61,213 bases of DNA from Planctomycetota bacterium (GCA_016235825.1 JACRIL010000184.1:1-61213), one strand, 5' to 3'. Shown: positions 1-9,512, counted from the first letter of the stretch. The notes: generated by a model not told the origin, from the sequence alone. Numbers and translations: made by a program.

Positions 1-27
1 CAACTGCTGAATCTGTTTGACATCCAT
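1..27 (-). CDS. 5-prime end of the next tail-module gene (partial, runs off window)
   Basis: ATG at 25-27 with AAGGAG about 7 nt upstream. Only 9 codons (MDVKQIQQL) are visible. Its position after the tail tube gene suggests a tail assembly chaperone, but this is untestable here. Confidence 0.25.
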
Positions 28-142
28 GCCGTAGCTCCTTTGCTGTCAAGGCGTCCTGTAAGGAACCATCGGATGGCTGGATGAATTTTCTTGAGCTAAA
101 GTCTCGTTGTAGTGATAGTGACATTCCAATATCCCTTGCCTG

Positions 143-586
143 TCAGGCGATCTCTTTCCACTGGGGCGCGTTGGCGCTATAGGTCGGCTTGGCCGTTACC
201 TTCACGCTGATGGCCTCCTCGAGCGCCTCGTCCCTGCTGAAATTGGTAATCATGCAGTCGGCCCACAAGCCTTGGCTGCCGGCCTGTGCGATGGGACCAT
301 CCATCACCGCTATGCCGATGATCAAATTGCCGAAGTAGGCGTCCTTGATGGCGGCAAATCCCTCGTCCTCGGTATCCCATATCATCTCGAACTCGATGGA
401 CCCTTCCTTGAGCGTCGCGGCCGTGGCCTTCCAGCCGTGATTGGCCCGTGTGGTAACATCCGCCTCGCCGGTCTGGAGGTTGAGCGTCACGTTCTTGACG
501 TTGGAAAGCTCCGTCCAGACGGGCGTGCCTCCGATCCCGGCCTCGCAAAAGTATAATTTGGCTTCCATGCCCAGTTTTATGCTCAT
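143..586 (-). CDS. Phage major tail (tube) protein, TP901-1/phi13-like
   Basis: 147-aa ORF with AAGGAG upstream of the ATG. The sequence pattern (GEADVTTRANHGWK..., C-terminal ITNFSRDEALEEAISVKVTAKP) is typical of this small tail tube family. It follows the head-tail joining genes. Confidence 0.6.
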   Translation of the reverse strand: MSIKLGMEAKLYFCEAGIGGTPVWTELSNVKNVTLNLQTGEADVTTRANHGWKATAATLKEGSIEFEMIWDTEDEGFAAIKDAYFGNLIIGIAVMDGPIAQAGSQGLWADCMITNFSRDEALEEAISVKVTAKPTYSANAPQWKEIA

Positions 587-598
587 TTTTGTTTCTCC

Positions 599-1027
599 TT
601 ATCGAATCGAATTCTTCCACATGTCGGGAAGTTTTTTCTTCTCTTCATCGAAGGCGGGAGTCATAAAAGGCCTCGCCTGGTAGGTCGCTATCACGTTCTT
701 GCCCTTGCGGTTCTTCCGCCTGGCTCGTCCGCCATATTCCAGCAAAGGCGGGGCTTCAACCTCGCTCCGCAGCGGCGCCGGGCCGATGACCACGGACTTT
801 TTCCCGGCGTCATATCCGAAGTAGATAAGCCTTTTCAGCAGCCCCGTGTGGCTGCTTGGCGGCTGGCCAGGCTGCGAAACGGACTTACGTTTACGGATGC
901 TGCTGCGTGCAGCGGTTCGCACGAAGGCGCCGAACTTCGCCAGGACTTTTCGCACACCGACATCCACCGCGTTCATGATTTTCTTGCGGTCGAAGAACAT
1001 CGACTTGTCGATCTTGATGCCGATCAT
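599..1027 (-). CDS. HK97 gp10-like head-tail joining / tail completion protein
   Basis: Internal ATG at 1027 overlaps the stop of the upstream gene (ATGA). The segment VRKVLAKFGAFVRTAARSSI...SHTGLLKRLIYFGYD resembles the gp10 family. Confidence 0.5.
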   Translation of the reverse strand: MIGIKIDKSMFFDRKKIMNAVDVGVRKVLAKFGAFVRTAARSSIRKRKSVSQPGQPPSSHTGLLKRLIYFGYDAGKKSVVIGPAPLRSEVEAPPLLEYGGRARRKNRKGKNVIATYQARPFMTPAFDEEKKKLPDMWKNSIR

Positions 1028-1470
1028 GCTGTTTCCTGAAAAACCCGAAATGTCAGCGTCAGCACGCTGGTGAACTGGCTTAACTGGCTCAGATGCTCCA
1101 CGACGTATAGGTGCGAATACTCCGTCTTCACCCACGCGGCATCCGGATATGCCGACAGCCGCCTCTGCCGGAAAAAACCCGCGATCTCCTCCACAAGCAC
1201 GATCAGGGCGTCGATCTCGGCTTTTTCCATGCCATTATTTATGGTCAGTTTCTTCTGGACGCCTGCATCGACGCTGTATTCGTACTGGCAGACCTTTCGG
1301 CCGGCAGGTTGGACAGACACGCCCTTGGGCACGACAGTCACGTGCAGGTCCTTCAGATCAACAAGATCGAACCGCGGCAGCCATGCCCGCTGGGCAGTAA
1401 ACGTCTGGCTGAACGCCCCGGCGTTCAGTTCGCTCACCACCGCATCGGCAATGTCGACAATTACGGGCAT
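1024..1470 (-). CDS. Head-tail adaptor-like hypothetical protein
   Basis: 148 aa counted from the ATG at 1470, which shares one nt with the upstream stop (TGATG). The call rests on position in the head-tail joining block only. Confidence 0.4.
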   Translation of the reverse strand: MPVIVDIADAVVSELNAGAFSQTFTAQRAWLPRFDLVDLKDLHVTVVPKGVSVQPAGRKVCQYEYSVDAGVQKKLTINNGMEKAEIDALIVLVEEIAGFFRQRRLSAYPDAAWVKTEYSHLYVVEHLSQLSQFTSVLTLTFRVFQETA

Positions 1471-1733
1471 CAGACTGGCTGCTCCCTGGCCGCTATGCAC
1501 GGCCGTGAGATGATCTTGTCATGCAGCGAGCGGTTGAGTTTAAGCAGGTCGCTGGTCATGCAGGTCAGGTCGCGTATGGCCTCGGTATTGGCCGCGATTA
1601 TGTGGTTATTCATGTGAAGCAGTTCCAGCAGCCGCCGTATCAGCCAGACCACGACGCCCAGCAGCACGGCGGAAAATCCCAGAAAACCGTACTGCACGAC
1701 CGGCTGCGTTATGATGTTGTCCATGATTTTCAT
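1470..1733 (-). CDS. Small membrane protein (one predicted TM helix)
   Basis: 87-aa ORF with hydrophobic stretch VVQYGFLGFSAVLLGVVVWLI. ATGA overlap with the upstream gene. Confidence 0.4.
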   Translation of the reverse strand: MKIMDNIITQPVVQYGFLGFSAVLLGVVVWLIRRLLELLHMNNHIIAANTEAIRDLTCMTSDLLKLNRSLHDKIISRPCIAAREQPV

Positions 1734-2110
1734 CCTTCCGTGCCGACCAGCTTGGTATGGATTCTAAAAACTTTTCGGAACCTGTCGGAAAACCGCCAGC
1801 AGTCTTCCTTGCCCGGGGCCATGACTTCATAGACCAGCACCTTGGCTCCGACTGCTTCCCTGAAAAAATCGCCGGGCTTTGGTTCGACCTGCACGCCATT
1901 GAGAACCAGCGTCTGGACCGGTACCAGAAAATCCCGGCTCTCGAACCGTTCGATCGCGCCGTAGCCGTTGTCGATCTCGAATATGGTCCTGCCGACAGTG
2001 GCGCCGACCTCCACGGCATCGCTGCCCCGGCAGTAAAGGACCGGACGCGAGAGGTTTTTTGACCTCATCGCGTCCAGCCAGTCGGATGCCTGTTCGAGCA
2101 TGTCGGCCAT
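1730..2110 (-). CDS. Head-tail connector / head closure-like protein
   Basis: 126-aa ORF directly downstream of the capsid decoration gene. The call is positional. Confidence 0.4.
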   Translation of the reverse strand: MADMLEQASDWLDAMRSKNLSRPVLYCRGSDAVEVGATVGRTIFEIDNGYGAIERFESRDFLVPVQTLVLNGVQVEPKPGDFFREAVGAKVLVYEVMAPGKEDCWRFSDRFRKVFRIHTKLVGTEG

Positions 2111-2171
2111 TTTTCACCTATCCATCCGGCTTCGCTCTTCGAGCTACGCCAGGATGACCCTTTCAATAGGG

Positions 2172-2507
2172 TCACTGATCCAGCCTGATCCGGACCGTCA
2201 GGTCGCTGTCAGTGGCGGCCCTGGTGCATTTGCCGATCAGCTTGTTGCCGCCGGCCGTGGTCGCGGCCCTGCCGTTGGCGTCATCCCAGTAGCAGGTGGC
2301 CCCGGCCGCGATCGCCTTGCCGGCCCCAGTCGCCTTCGGGAAGTCATAGACGCCCGCGACCGCCAGGCTGCCGAGTGTGTTGGCGGCGATGGCCGTCTTG
2401 GCCACGGCCACCAGGTCGCCCTGGAGCACCACGGTCCCGGCCGGGACATAGGCCGTCGGCGTGTAGTCGATTGCATCTCCGTCATGTACAAAGATTGCAG
2501 TAGCCAT
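2172..2507 (-). CDS. DUF2190-type capsid decoration (cement) protein
   Basis: 111 aa, Ala/Gly/Thr-rich, with DGDAIDYTP...G.VV..G.LV.VA......G..G.LAV.GV..F.K motif typical of DUF2190. AAAGGAAG lies upstream of the ATG. Confidence 0.6.
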   Translation of the reverse strand: MATAIFVHDGDAIDYTPTAYVPAGTVVLQGDLVAVAKTAIAANTLGSLAVAGVYDFPKATGAGKAIAAGATCYWDDANGRAATTAGGNKLIGKCTRAATDSDLTVRIRLDQ

Positions 2508-2519
2508 TGTTTCTTCCTT

Positions 2520-3062
2520 TCATTGGACAAGTAGAAGCGCATAACGCTTTCCATGATGGATCAGACTGACCGTGGCGCAGCTCACGCCAAACTGCCGGGC
2601 AATGTCTCTCTGGGTAGCCCTGCCCTTGAGCGATGCGATCTGACGAACTTGCTCGCAGCCGAGCTTGCTACCGACCGGTCCACGCAGGCCGGTTCGGTAG
2701 GCGTGGCGATGATTCTCCCCACGGCTAAGGTATTCAAGATTCTGCAGGCGGTTGTCGTGTTTGTCGCCGTTCTTGTGGTTCACATCACGGCCGTGGGCCT
2801 CTCCTAGAAATGCCGCCGCAACCAGTCGATGCACACTTCGGGCGACATATCTGCCGCCCACACGAGGACTGACGACGAGATAGCCGGTTTTTGAGTGCGG
2901 GGTAGCCTGCAACATCTGCCATGCTCCAGACTTGCGACTGCGAATGCGTCCCAGGTCACTGGCCTGATAGTCCTGGAAGCCCGGGATATCCCGCCAGACC
3001 TCCTCGGCAGTGCTGCAGCAGCACCTCGGCAGACCACAATTGGGGGAAAGTAGATCGATCAT
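2520..3062 (-). CDS. HNH homing endonuclease (NUMOD4-like N-terminus, HNH core, C-terminal HTH)
   Basis: WRDIPGFQDYQASDLGRIRS (NUMOD4-like), VNHKNGDKHDNRLQNLEY (HNH), QRDIARQFGVSCATVSLI (HTH). The ATG at 3062 overlaps the capsid gene stop (ATGA). Confidence 0.8.
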   Translation of the reverse strand: MIDLLSPNCGLPRCCCSTAEEVWRDIPGFQDYQASDLGRIRSRKSGAWQMLQATPHSKTGYLVVSPRVGGRYVARSVHRLVAAAFLGEAHGRDVNHKNGDKHDNRLQNLEYLSRGENHRHAYRTGLRGPVGSKLGCEQVRQIASLKGRATQRDIARQFGVSCATVSLIHHGKRYALLLVQ

Positions 3063-5263
3063 ATTTCCCCTTTCGACTTCACGCCGCCCCGGGAATCCTG
3101 CAAGGCACAACCGAAGTCATGGTAACCCCTCATCTGTATCCCCAGGACGTTGAAGTCCGCCTCGGCCGTCTCGATGGTCGGCGACTCGTTGCCGTTGAGG
3201 AACGCCGCCTCGATCACCGGCAGGTCCGACGGATCGGCCAGGAGGTACCACGCCTTGTCGCTATTGCCCGCATATGCGGAGCTGGACAGGTAGCGGCTGA
3301 CCTCGACCCGATACTTGCCCTGGTGCGGGTTGCTGGTCGGATAAGCGCCCTTGCCCGTGGTGTTGTCCCGAAGCTCTGTGGCCTTGTAGAGCTGCGTGGC
3401 TATGGCCGACAGGGCAGTCGGGACCAGCAGCACCGCCGGCATGATCCCGATGGGCTTGCCGTCGGAGTCCTTCATGTCCATAAAGGTTTTTTCAGCCCGG
3501 CTGAGCGACTCTATCGCCAGGGCCGTGTCGGCGCCGGTGAGGTAGTTGGCGTTGCCTGCGGTGAAGAACGAGGCGTTGTTCATGAAGATGGTCCAGAAGA
3601 TGTCGTTGATCTTCAGACCCGAACCTCTTCCCAGCTTGCGGGGCACCGTGGTGATCGCGCCCAGATCGTCGTTGATGATGTCCCGGCGGTCTATGGCCAG
3701 CAGGAGCCCGTAGGTGTCGGCCCTGTTGGTGTAGCTCTCGTTGCCGAGCGTCCCGTGCTTGAGTTGCCCGCCGGGCGCCACGATCTCGTACTGGTCTTTT
3801 CCGATAAGACGGTAGCTGGTGACCGTCTTGAAGTCCGAGACGTTCCTTATGGCGCAGATATTCCGCCAGGTCCCCTCAACGCTGAAGAAACCTTCCAGCA
3901 GGAATTTGTTAGATACATTCGACAGGATTCCTCCGATATCCACCGTTGAAAAACCGGCCTGCACATCTTGGCCAAACGCAAATCGGAGAACCTCCCGGCT
4001 GTCCCTGAAATTCTTTCCCGAAAAACCGTTGGCCCAGGCCGCCTCCAGCAAAAGCTCCTGCAGGCCCAACCCGCCCCTGAATTTTTTGGCTGCAAGTTCC
4101 AGCGTTTTTTCGTCGTAAAGCTTTTCTGCGTCGGCGTGGCGGCCGGTGAGCATGCAGGCTGCCTCAAGCACGTTCTGGCCGACGTAATTATCCGGAATCT
4201 GCACGGCCGGCGGCTTGGGCCTGTCCGCCCGCAGGACCTCCAGCTCGGTCCTGGTCACATCCCAGCCCTCGGCGATGGCCTTCGCCGCGATATCGGCGTG
4301 CGAATCGCCGCAGACCTTTTTGACCGCGTTGATCCGATCCTGCTCGGCGGCAACCGCCGCCCTCATCTCCGCGACTGTCCGGGCCGCGGCCGAAGGTTCG
4401 GCCGGTGCATCCGCGGCCTGGATTTTGAGGGCAGGCGGCTGGGCCTGCGCCGGCTGCGGCGTTTGTGGAACCTGCGCCTGAGGAGGCTGCATGGCCGGCG
4501 ACCTCGGAGGCGCAATGCCAGGCCCGCCGGCGTCCGTGCCGGCGGTCGCCTGACTTTTTACAACAGGACCGGAACCGGAGGGTTGCCCACGGTCGGACCC
4601 GGCTGCGACGTGGACTTCCCTGTCCGCGTCATTTTCGGCAAAAAGTTTGCCCTGTTCAACGTTTTCCCTGTCATCCATGATGTTTTTCTCCCTGGCCGTA
4701 GCGGCCACGCTGGCCGACGTGTTTCCGTCGGCGCCAAGATCCACGAAGCTGATTTCCCCCAGCGTCGCCTTCCTGACGACGTTCAGGGGGCCTGTAAATT
4801 TATTGCCATTGACTAAGACCATCTGCTCGGCCTTGACGAACTCGAACTCGTCCACCGACGCCCCTATCGAGGCCTGCCACGGAAATCCGTTTTTGGCCGA
4901 TGCGACGATCTCCTTGGCTGCCGACGTATCGCGCGAGACGACGCCTGTGGCGACGAGCATGCCCTCCTGAACACGGATGGAATCGCTGTGCCCCACGCCG
5001 CTGTTTGCATCGTGGCCGAACCGGATGGGACGGGATTGCGAGGGGATGGCCAGCCCGGCCAGGTCCACGACCACCGGATATCGCCAGCCTGCTATCCGCA
5101 TCGGCCCGCCTGTATACGCGACCATGCTGAATCGCGGCAGTTTTCCGCCACCATTCTGGTCCGTGGTTGGCGATCCCGCGTTTTCAGCCGTCAGATCGAT
5201 CTCCACGGCGGCTGTCAGTTCAAAATTCTCAGGCGGCCTGGAATTATTCTTCGTCATTGTCAT
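3059..5263 (-). CDS. Prohead protease (HK97/S78-like) - scaffold-like linker - HK97-fold major capsid protein, single ORF
   Basis: 734 aa. The N-terminal ~190 aa carry protease-like motifs (IRFGHDANSGVGH, WQASIGASV, EISFVDLGADGNTSA). A Pro/Ala/Gln-rich and helical linker follows. The C-terminal ~400 aa are capsid-like. The ORF overlaps the portal gene by 20 nt. Confidence 0.7.
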   Translation of the reverse strand: MTMTKNNSRPPENFELTAAVEIDLTAENAGSPTTDQNGGGKLPRFSMVAYTGGPMRIAGWRYPVVVDLAGLAIPSQSRPIRFGHDANSGVGHSDSIRVQEGMLVATGVVSRDTSAAKEIVASAKNGFPWQASIGASVDEFEFVKAEQMVLVNGNKFTGPLNVVRKATLGEISFVDLGADGNTSASVAATAREKNIMDDRENVEQGKLFAENDADREVHVAAGSDRGQPSGSGPVVKSQATAGTDAGGPGIAPPRSPAMQPPQAQVPQTPQPAQAQPPALKIQAADAPAEPSAAARTVAEMRAAVAAEQDRINAVKKVCGDSHADIAAKAIAEGWDVTRTELEVLRADRPKPPAVQIPDNYVGQNVLEAACMLTGRHADAEKLYDEKTLELAAKKFRGGLGLQELLLEAAWANGFSGKNFRDSREVLRFAFGQDVQAGFSTVDIGGILSNVSNKFLLEGFFSVEGTWRNICAIRNVSDFKTVTSYRLIGKDQYEIVAPGGQLKHGTLGNESYTNRADTYGLLLAIDRRDIINDDLGAITTVPRKLGRGSGLKINDIFWTIFMNNASFFTAGNANYLTGADTALAIESLSRAEKTFMDMKDSDGKPIGIMPAVLLVPTALSAIATQLYKATELRDNTTGKGAYPTSNPHQGKYRVEVSRYLSSSAYAGNSDKAWYLLADPSDLPVIEAAFLNGNESPTIETAEADFNVLGIQMRGYHDFGCALQDSRGGVKSKGEI

Positions 5264-6740
5264 TTCCTTCCGAATTGTCCTGCTGCTGTGGATCGTCCAC
5301 GGGTTTTTCGGGGACTGGCGGGGTGGCCTGGTCGGCCACAGTCAGTCCCAGTTCCTTGCAGAGAAGCACTTCCCTGGCCCGCTGGCGGAGCTCCGTCTCC
5401 CAGTCCTTGCCCTGGCGGGCGAATTCGTTTGCCAGCGTGGTGGTGTTGTTTGCCAGCCGCGTCGCCTGTGCGTTGGCCTCCTTGGCCGGGTCCACATGCT
5501 CGTGCCCGTCCCAGAACCATTGGTGCCCGGCTCCGCTTTGCTGCGCCGTGGCAAGGGACCCATCAGGCCCGCTGATTTCCGGGATAACTTTGACCGCCTC
5601 GGCCAGCCATGCGCTGAAAATCCGATCCAGGACAACGGATTCGCACTGCGACTGCTCCACGCGGATGGATTTGTAATAGGTCTGGTGATCGAGCCTGCCC
5701 GATGCGTAGTTGTAGCCCGAGGAGTTGCAGGCGGCGATATTGTAGGGCATGTTCAGGCAGCGGGCGATCTCGTTGAGGATCTCACGCTTGAACATGTCGT
5801 AGGTCGTCGCCGGCTGCTCGGCCTTGATCTGCGACGGTTCCCACCCTTCGGGCGTGAAGACGGCCATGTTGGGCGAGAACTCCATCTCAGTCATCGGCTC
5901 GACATCGGCCGCCTCGCCCCCGGCCGGTGAATTGGTCTTCATCAGCACGGCGATGTTGGCCGCAGATTCGGCGGCAGTGATTACGGCCAGCGTATATCTC
6001 CGCAGCTGGGCAAACAGAGGCAGCGATGACAGGATGTCCGGCAGGCCGCGGGACTGGCCCGGCCTGTCCGCCCGGACCCAGTGGATGACGTATTTTGCGG
6101 GGATGCGGTCGAAGTTGGCGGCGTCGGCAAGCTTTCCGCTTCCGGGATGGTTTTTCAGGATGATATATTCCACCGGGTTGCCCAGTTCGTCGAAGATGAT
6201 CCCGTCAACGGCATTGGTCGCGTCAGACCCGCCGCGGCGGAACGCAACGGAGCCGGGCGTCGCCACCTGTTCAGCCTCGATGAGTTTGAGGTCCAGCTTT
6301 ACGGGCGAATTGAGATTGGGATTGTTGAACAGGACCGCAAAGGCCTCGCCGTCCTGCGCCCTTGCCTGGCGCATCGTGCGAAGTTTTTCAGACAGGTTTA
6401 TCGCTCTGGCCCAGTTCGCAAATTCCGATTCAATGGTCCTATTGGCCTTGTCGCTATCTAAAAGCATCTGGAGGCGCGGGCCCGTGCCGATCACGTCGTT
6501 GGCCAGCGTCAGCACGATGCCGCGCGCATATGAATTATTCGCCACCTCGTAGCGGGAGCGGTTGCGGAGTATCCGCCTGACCTCCGGCGAGGCGGCGGCA
6601 TTGGCCGAAAAGCCGTCCGCGTTGGCCCAGTGCCTGCGGTTGTCTGGCGTGGTTTGGGCGGAATCGAACTTCGCGCGGATGAACCGCACCGCGGTCCGCA
6701 CTGTCGCCTTCGCTCGCCTTGTCCAGGGCCACAGTTTCAT
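5244..6740 (-). CDS. Portal protein, lambda gpB family
   Basis: RRHWANADGFSANAAASPEVRRILRNRSRYEVANNSYARGI is typical of lambda-family portals. The first ATG after the upstream stop (6745) was chosen. The ORF track extends it to 6995. Confidence 0.8.
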   Translation of the reverse strand: MKLWPWTRRAKATVRTAVRFIRAKFDSAQTTPDNRRHWANADGFSANAAASPEVRRILRNRSRYEVANNSYARGIVLTLANDVIGTGPRLQMLLDSDKANRTIESEFANWARAINLSEKLRTMRQARAQDGEAFAVLFNNPNLNSPVKLDLKLIEAEQVATPGSVAFRRGGSDATNAVDGIIFDELGNPVEYIILKNHPGSGKLADAANFDRIPAKYVIHWVRADRPGQSRGLPDILSSLPLFAQLRRYTLAVITAAESAANIAVLMKTNSPAGGEAADVEPMTEMEFSPNMAVFTPEGWEPSQIKAEQPATTYDMFKREILNEIARCLNMPYNIAACNSSGYNYASGRLDHQTYYKSIRVEQSQCESVVLDRIFSAWLAEAVKVIPEISGPDGSLATAQQSGAGHQWFWDGHEHVDPAKEANAQATRLANNTTTLANEFARQGKDWETELRQRAREVLLCKELGLTVADQATPPVPEKPVDDPQQQDNSEGNDNDEE

Positions 6741-6744
6741 TTTC

Positions 6745-6942
6745 TTACACCGTCCCGGGCGGCACGATCTTCGCCCGCGTAAATGCCTTGGCCGGATTCT
6801 TGCCGGCCCGCTTGCTCGCAAGGTACTTGTCGGCCTCGATCTGGTCGCGGAGGTTGTGCTGTGACATCCGAACTCCGTCCACGTCGGCGGAGGCCGGACC
6901 TCTTGCGTTCCTGCGAATAACGTTATCCAGTTCTTCAGCCAC
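6745..6942 (-). CDS. gpW-like head-tail joining protein
   Basis: Located between terminase and portal, as lambda W is. ...ADVDGVRMSQHNLRDQIEADKYL... parallels the lambda W core. In-frame GTG at 6942 with AGGGAA upstream gives 65 aa. The ORF is open up to 7089 (TTG), so the start is uncertain. Confidence 0.45.
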   Translation of the reverse strand: MAEELDNVIRRNARGPASADVDGVRMSQHNLRDQIEADKYLASKRAGKNPAKAFTRAKIVPPGTV

Positions 6943-7200
6943 AGATCCGTTCCCTGAAATCCCTGAAAGGCCCAAAGAAAAAGCCCCACCTCCACACCCG
7001 ATCAGGTGAAGGTGGGGCTTTAGCTTCGTCTCCGAAGGCTCGGGGCCGGCCGGCCCCGTTCCCTGGGCAATATTCGATTTTCCGTTCAATGTGCTGCGCT
7101 ACTGGTTGCCTATCCCGCTTTTACCGGCAAGTTCGACTCGAACAAGCACATTGTCCAAAAACAATGCGGATTGTTACGCATATGTACCACCCATGTGGTT

Positions 7201-7431
7201 TCAAGGGTCGATTTGCCGCCCTGGATCCGCCGGGGCCGCATTTCCTCCCATGCTTTCCCATGTAGTGACCCGCCTGCCGCAGTGCCGGCACTCCCGGCGG
7301 CGGGCAAGCCGCTGGCCGCATACGGGCCGCGTGTAGATCACCCGAAAATGCCTGCAGCCGCAGGAGCGGCACTCCAGGCCGCGTTTGTTTTCAGCAGGAT
7401 CCCATCTCTTTCGGAAAGTTTCCTCGACCAT
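7201..7431 (-). CDS. Stand-alone NrdR-type zinc-ribbon protein (no ATP-cone)
   Basis: 76 aa counted from the ATG at 7431, 5 nt after the terminase stop. CRSCGCRHFRVIYTRPVCGQRLARRRECRHCGRRVTTWE matches the CxxC...RRRReCxxCgxRfTTfE ribbon of NrdR. Confidence 0.5.
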   Translation of the reverse strand: MVEETFRKRWDPAENKRGLECRSCGCRHFRVIYTRPVCGQRLARRRECRHCGRRVTTWESMGGNAAPADPGRQIDP

Positions 7432-7435
7432 CGAT

Positions 7436-9505
7436 TCATCTCCTTGAAAAATCTTCCTGAGTGTATCGCTTCCGTCTGCGATTCGGGGCGGCCTGGCCCT
7501 GCAACCTGACTCCGAGCATCGAGGCAGCCACCGCGCAGCCGACCAAGCAATCCAGCCAGTGGTTGTCCGGCCTGCCGGGCAGCGGCGTCCACTCGAGGAC
7601 CGTCCGCCCATGCCCCTGCGTGGCAGTCCAGGTCTCGCTGGCCGCGATGTGCCGGGCAAAAAGCTCATGCTCGCCCGCCTGTCCGAAGATAGTCATGCTG
7701 CCCGGGTCGCCCGCCGGAGCGGCCAGGGCGCCATGCAAAAAAGTTTTCCAATAATTTACATCCGACGCCACGTGTGGGAATTCCGCGGTCCGGCTGACGT
7801 TGGGTATATACCAGTAATGGCCGAGTGTCTGGCCGACCCGCCTGGCATAGCCGCTCATGGGCCTGGATCCGGCCCGGATGCCCAGTCCCTTGCAGAGCAT
7901 CATCGCCGATCCGCCGACCTTGTGCCTCACGGCCGCCACAGTCCCCGGCTTGTACCCCATGTCCACGAGCAGTCGGTCGATCCGCATGAGACCCGAGCCG
8001 CGCCGGAAGTCCGTGTCCAGATATTTTGAGACAAGTTTCTCAAGGCCCGCCTGGATGGCCCCGTCCGGCCCGGCGCCCGGGAATGTTCTGCCCAGCGTCC
8101 TGCGGGCTCCGTCCATAGCAAAAGTCCGCTCCGTCTGCTCCGGATACGTGCCGTAATCGACGATAAAGCCGGTAAAATCCTCCTGCCAGGCGCAGAGGCA
8201 GTAGTACAGCAACTTGTTGTGCACATCCACGAACATGGTCAGCCTGTTGCATGACAGGGGCACTTCACGTCTGGTGCGGCCATTGGCCTTTTCGCAAACC
8301 ATCTGCACGGTGAGCGACTCGCTCGGCAGTTGGCTGGGCTTGAGCGGCTCGTTCTGATATTCGGCATAAAATGCCCGCTCGTTTTCCAGCTTGAGGTTCA
8401 TCGCGTGCTGGATTGCGGATATCTCACCCCGCGAGGCGAGATACCGCTGCGGCCAGGCCACAACTACACCAGTGTCCATCTCCTGGCGGTGCGCGGCATA
8501 AAACTCCGTCGCCTCCCGGCCGTCGCCGTCGGCCCTGAGCGATTCATCCCTGATCCGGGCATATTCAGACCAGAGCCTCTCATTCGTCGGAAAACTATAT
8601 ACCAGCCTGGTCCGCTCCCCATGCCAGGACGGGTTCTTCTGGCGGTCGAGGAGCTGGTCGGCCAGGTCGCCGCCCTGGATCACCGTGCATGGTATGATGA
8701 TCGCCGTCCGCTGGCCCGGGCCGGCCAGGCCCTTGACGGCGCCGTTGATGATCGAGAGCCGCTCGGCTGTCTGGAGCAGCGAGTGGGCTGACTGATCCGT
8801 CTGAGGGTCGTCGCAGACCACGAGCGTCGGGCGGATCTGGCTGCCGTCGGCCCGGACGTGCAGCGCTCCACGGATGTTGCCTGTTATGCCGCTGACGCGG
8901 ATGATCGAGCCGGAGCAGCGGCTGCCGGGGATCGTGGGCATCACGATCTCATCGGCTCCCCAGCCGACCCGGGTCGGTATCCCGTAATACCGCTGGCCCG
9001 TGCAGCGTCTGGCCTCGCCCTCCAGGCAGCGGATCGGCCAGACTGCCTCGGGATAGTCGGCCAGGAGCAGATCATTGCCCAGGATATGGCTCTTTATGTT
9101 GGCCAGCATCGCAAGGGCCGCCTCCTGGGCGTTGGCGATCAGGAACACGAACTCGTGCCGGCCCGACAGCACGGCCCAGAGCACGGCCACCAGGCATAAA
9201 GTTGTCTTGCCGCTCCCGCGGGGCATGGCCACAGCCAGTGTCTCGCGGTACCGGACCACGCGTTCGATCTTGGCGATCACGCGGAGGTGGTCCTGGCTCC
9301 AGGCCAGCGTGAACAAATGCGAAAAGTACGTCTCGCAGAAGAATTTTAGATCTCTATCAGCGTTTGCCCTTCGAACTTGGTTGGCGGGCATCGGGATCGG
9401 CGCGATGTCCTGGCCGGCCATCGTGATCGCGGCGGACCTGGCCTTGGCCCGTTCCCTGGCCTTCTGGTACGCCTGCCTGCCGTGTCTGATCACCGTCCCT
9501 GGCAT
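7436..9505 (-). CDS. terL: Terminase large subunit
   Basis: Walker A AMPRGSGKTT, Walker B-like LVVCDDPQTD, and a C-terminal nuclease-like region. ATG at 9505 lies just after the ParB-like stop; an upstream TTG at 9574 is less likely. Confidence 0.85.
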   Translation of the reverse strand: MPGTVIRHGRQAYQKARERAKARSAAITMAGQDIAPIPMPANQVRRANADRDLKFFCETYFSHLFTLAWSQDHLRVIAKIERVVRYRETLAVAMPRGSGKTTLCLVAVLWAVLSGRHEFVFLIANAQEAALAMLANIKSHILGNDLLLADYPEAVWPIRCLEGEARRCTGQRYYGIPTRVGWGADEIVMPTIPGSRCSGSIIRVSGITGNIRGALHVRADGSQIRPTLVVCDDPQTDQSAHSLLQTAERLSIINGAVKGLAGPGQRTAIIIPCTVIQGGDLADQLLDRQKNPSWHGERTRLVYSFPTNERLWSEYARIRDESLRADGDGREATEFYAAHRQEMDTGVVVAWPQRYLASRGEISAIQHAMNLKLENERAFYAEYQNEPLKPSQLPSESLTVQMVCEKANGRTRREVPLSCNRLTMFVDVHNKLLYYCLCAWQEDFTGFIVDYGTYPEQTERTFAMDGARRTLGRTFPGAGPDGAIQAGLEKLVSKYLDTDFRRGSGLMRIDRLLVDMGYKPGTVAAVRHKVGGSAMMLCKGLGIRAGSRPMSGYARRVGQTLGHYWYIPNVSRTAEFPHVASDVNYWKTFLHGALAAPAGDPGSMTIFGQAGEHELFARHIAASETWTATQGHGRTVLEWTPLPGRPDNHWLDCLVGCAVAASMLGVRLQGQAAPNRRRKRYTQEDFSRR

Positions 9506-9512
9506 TTTTTGC

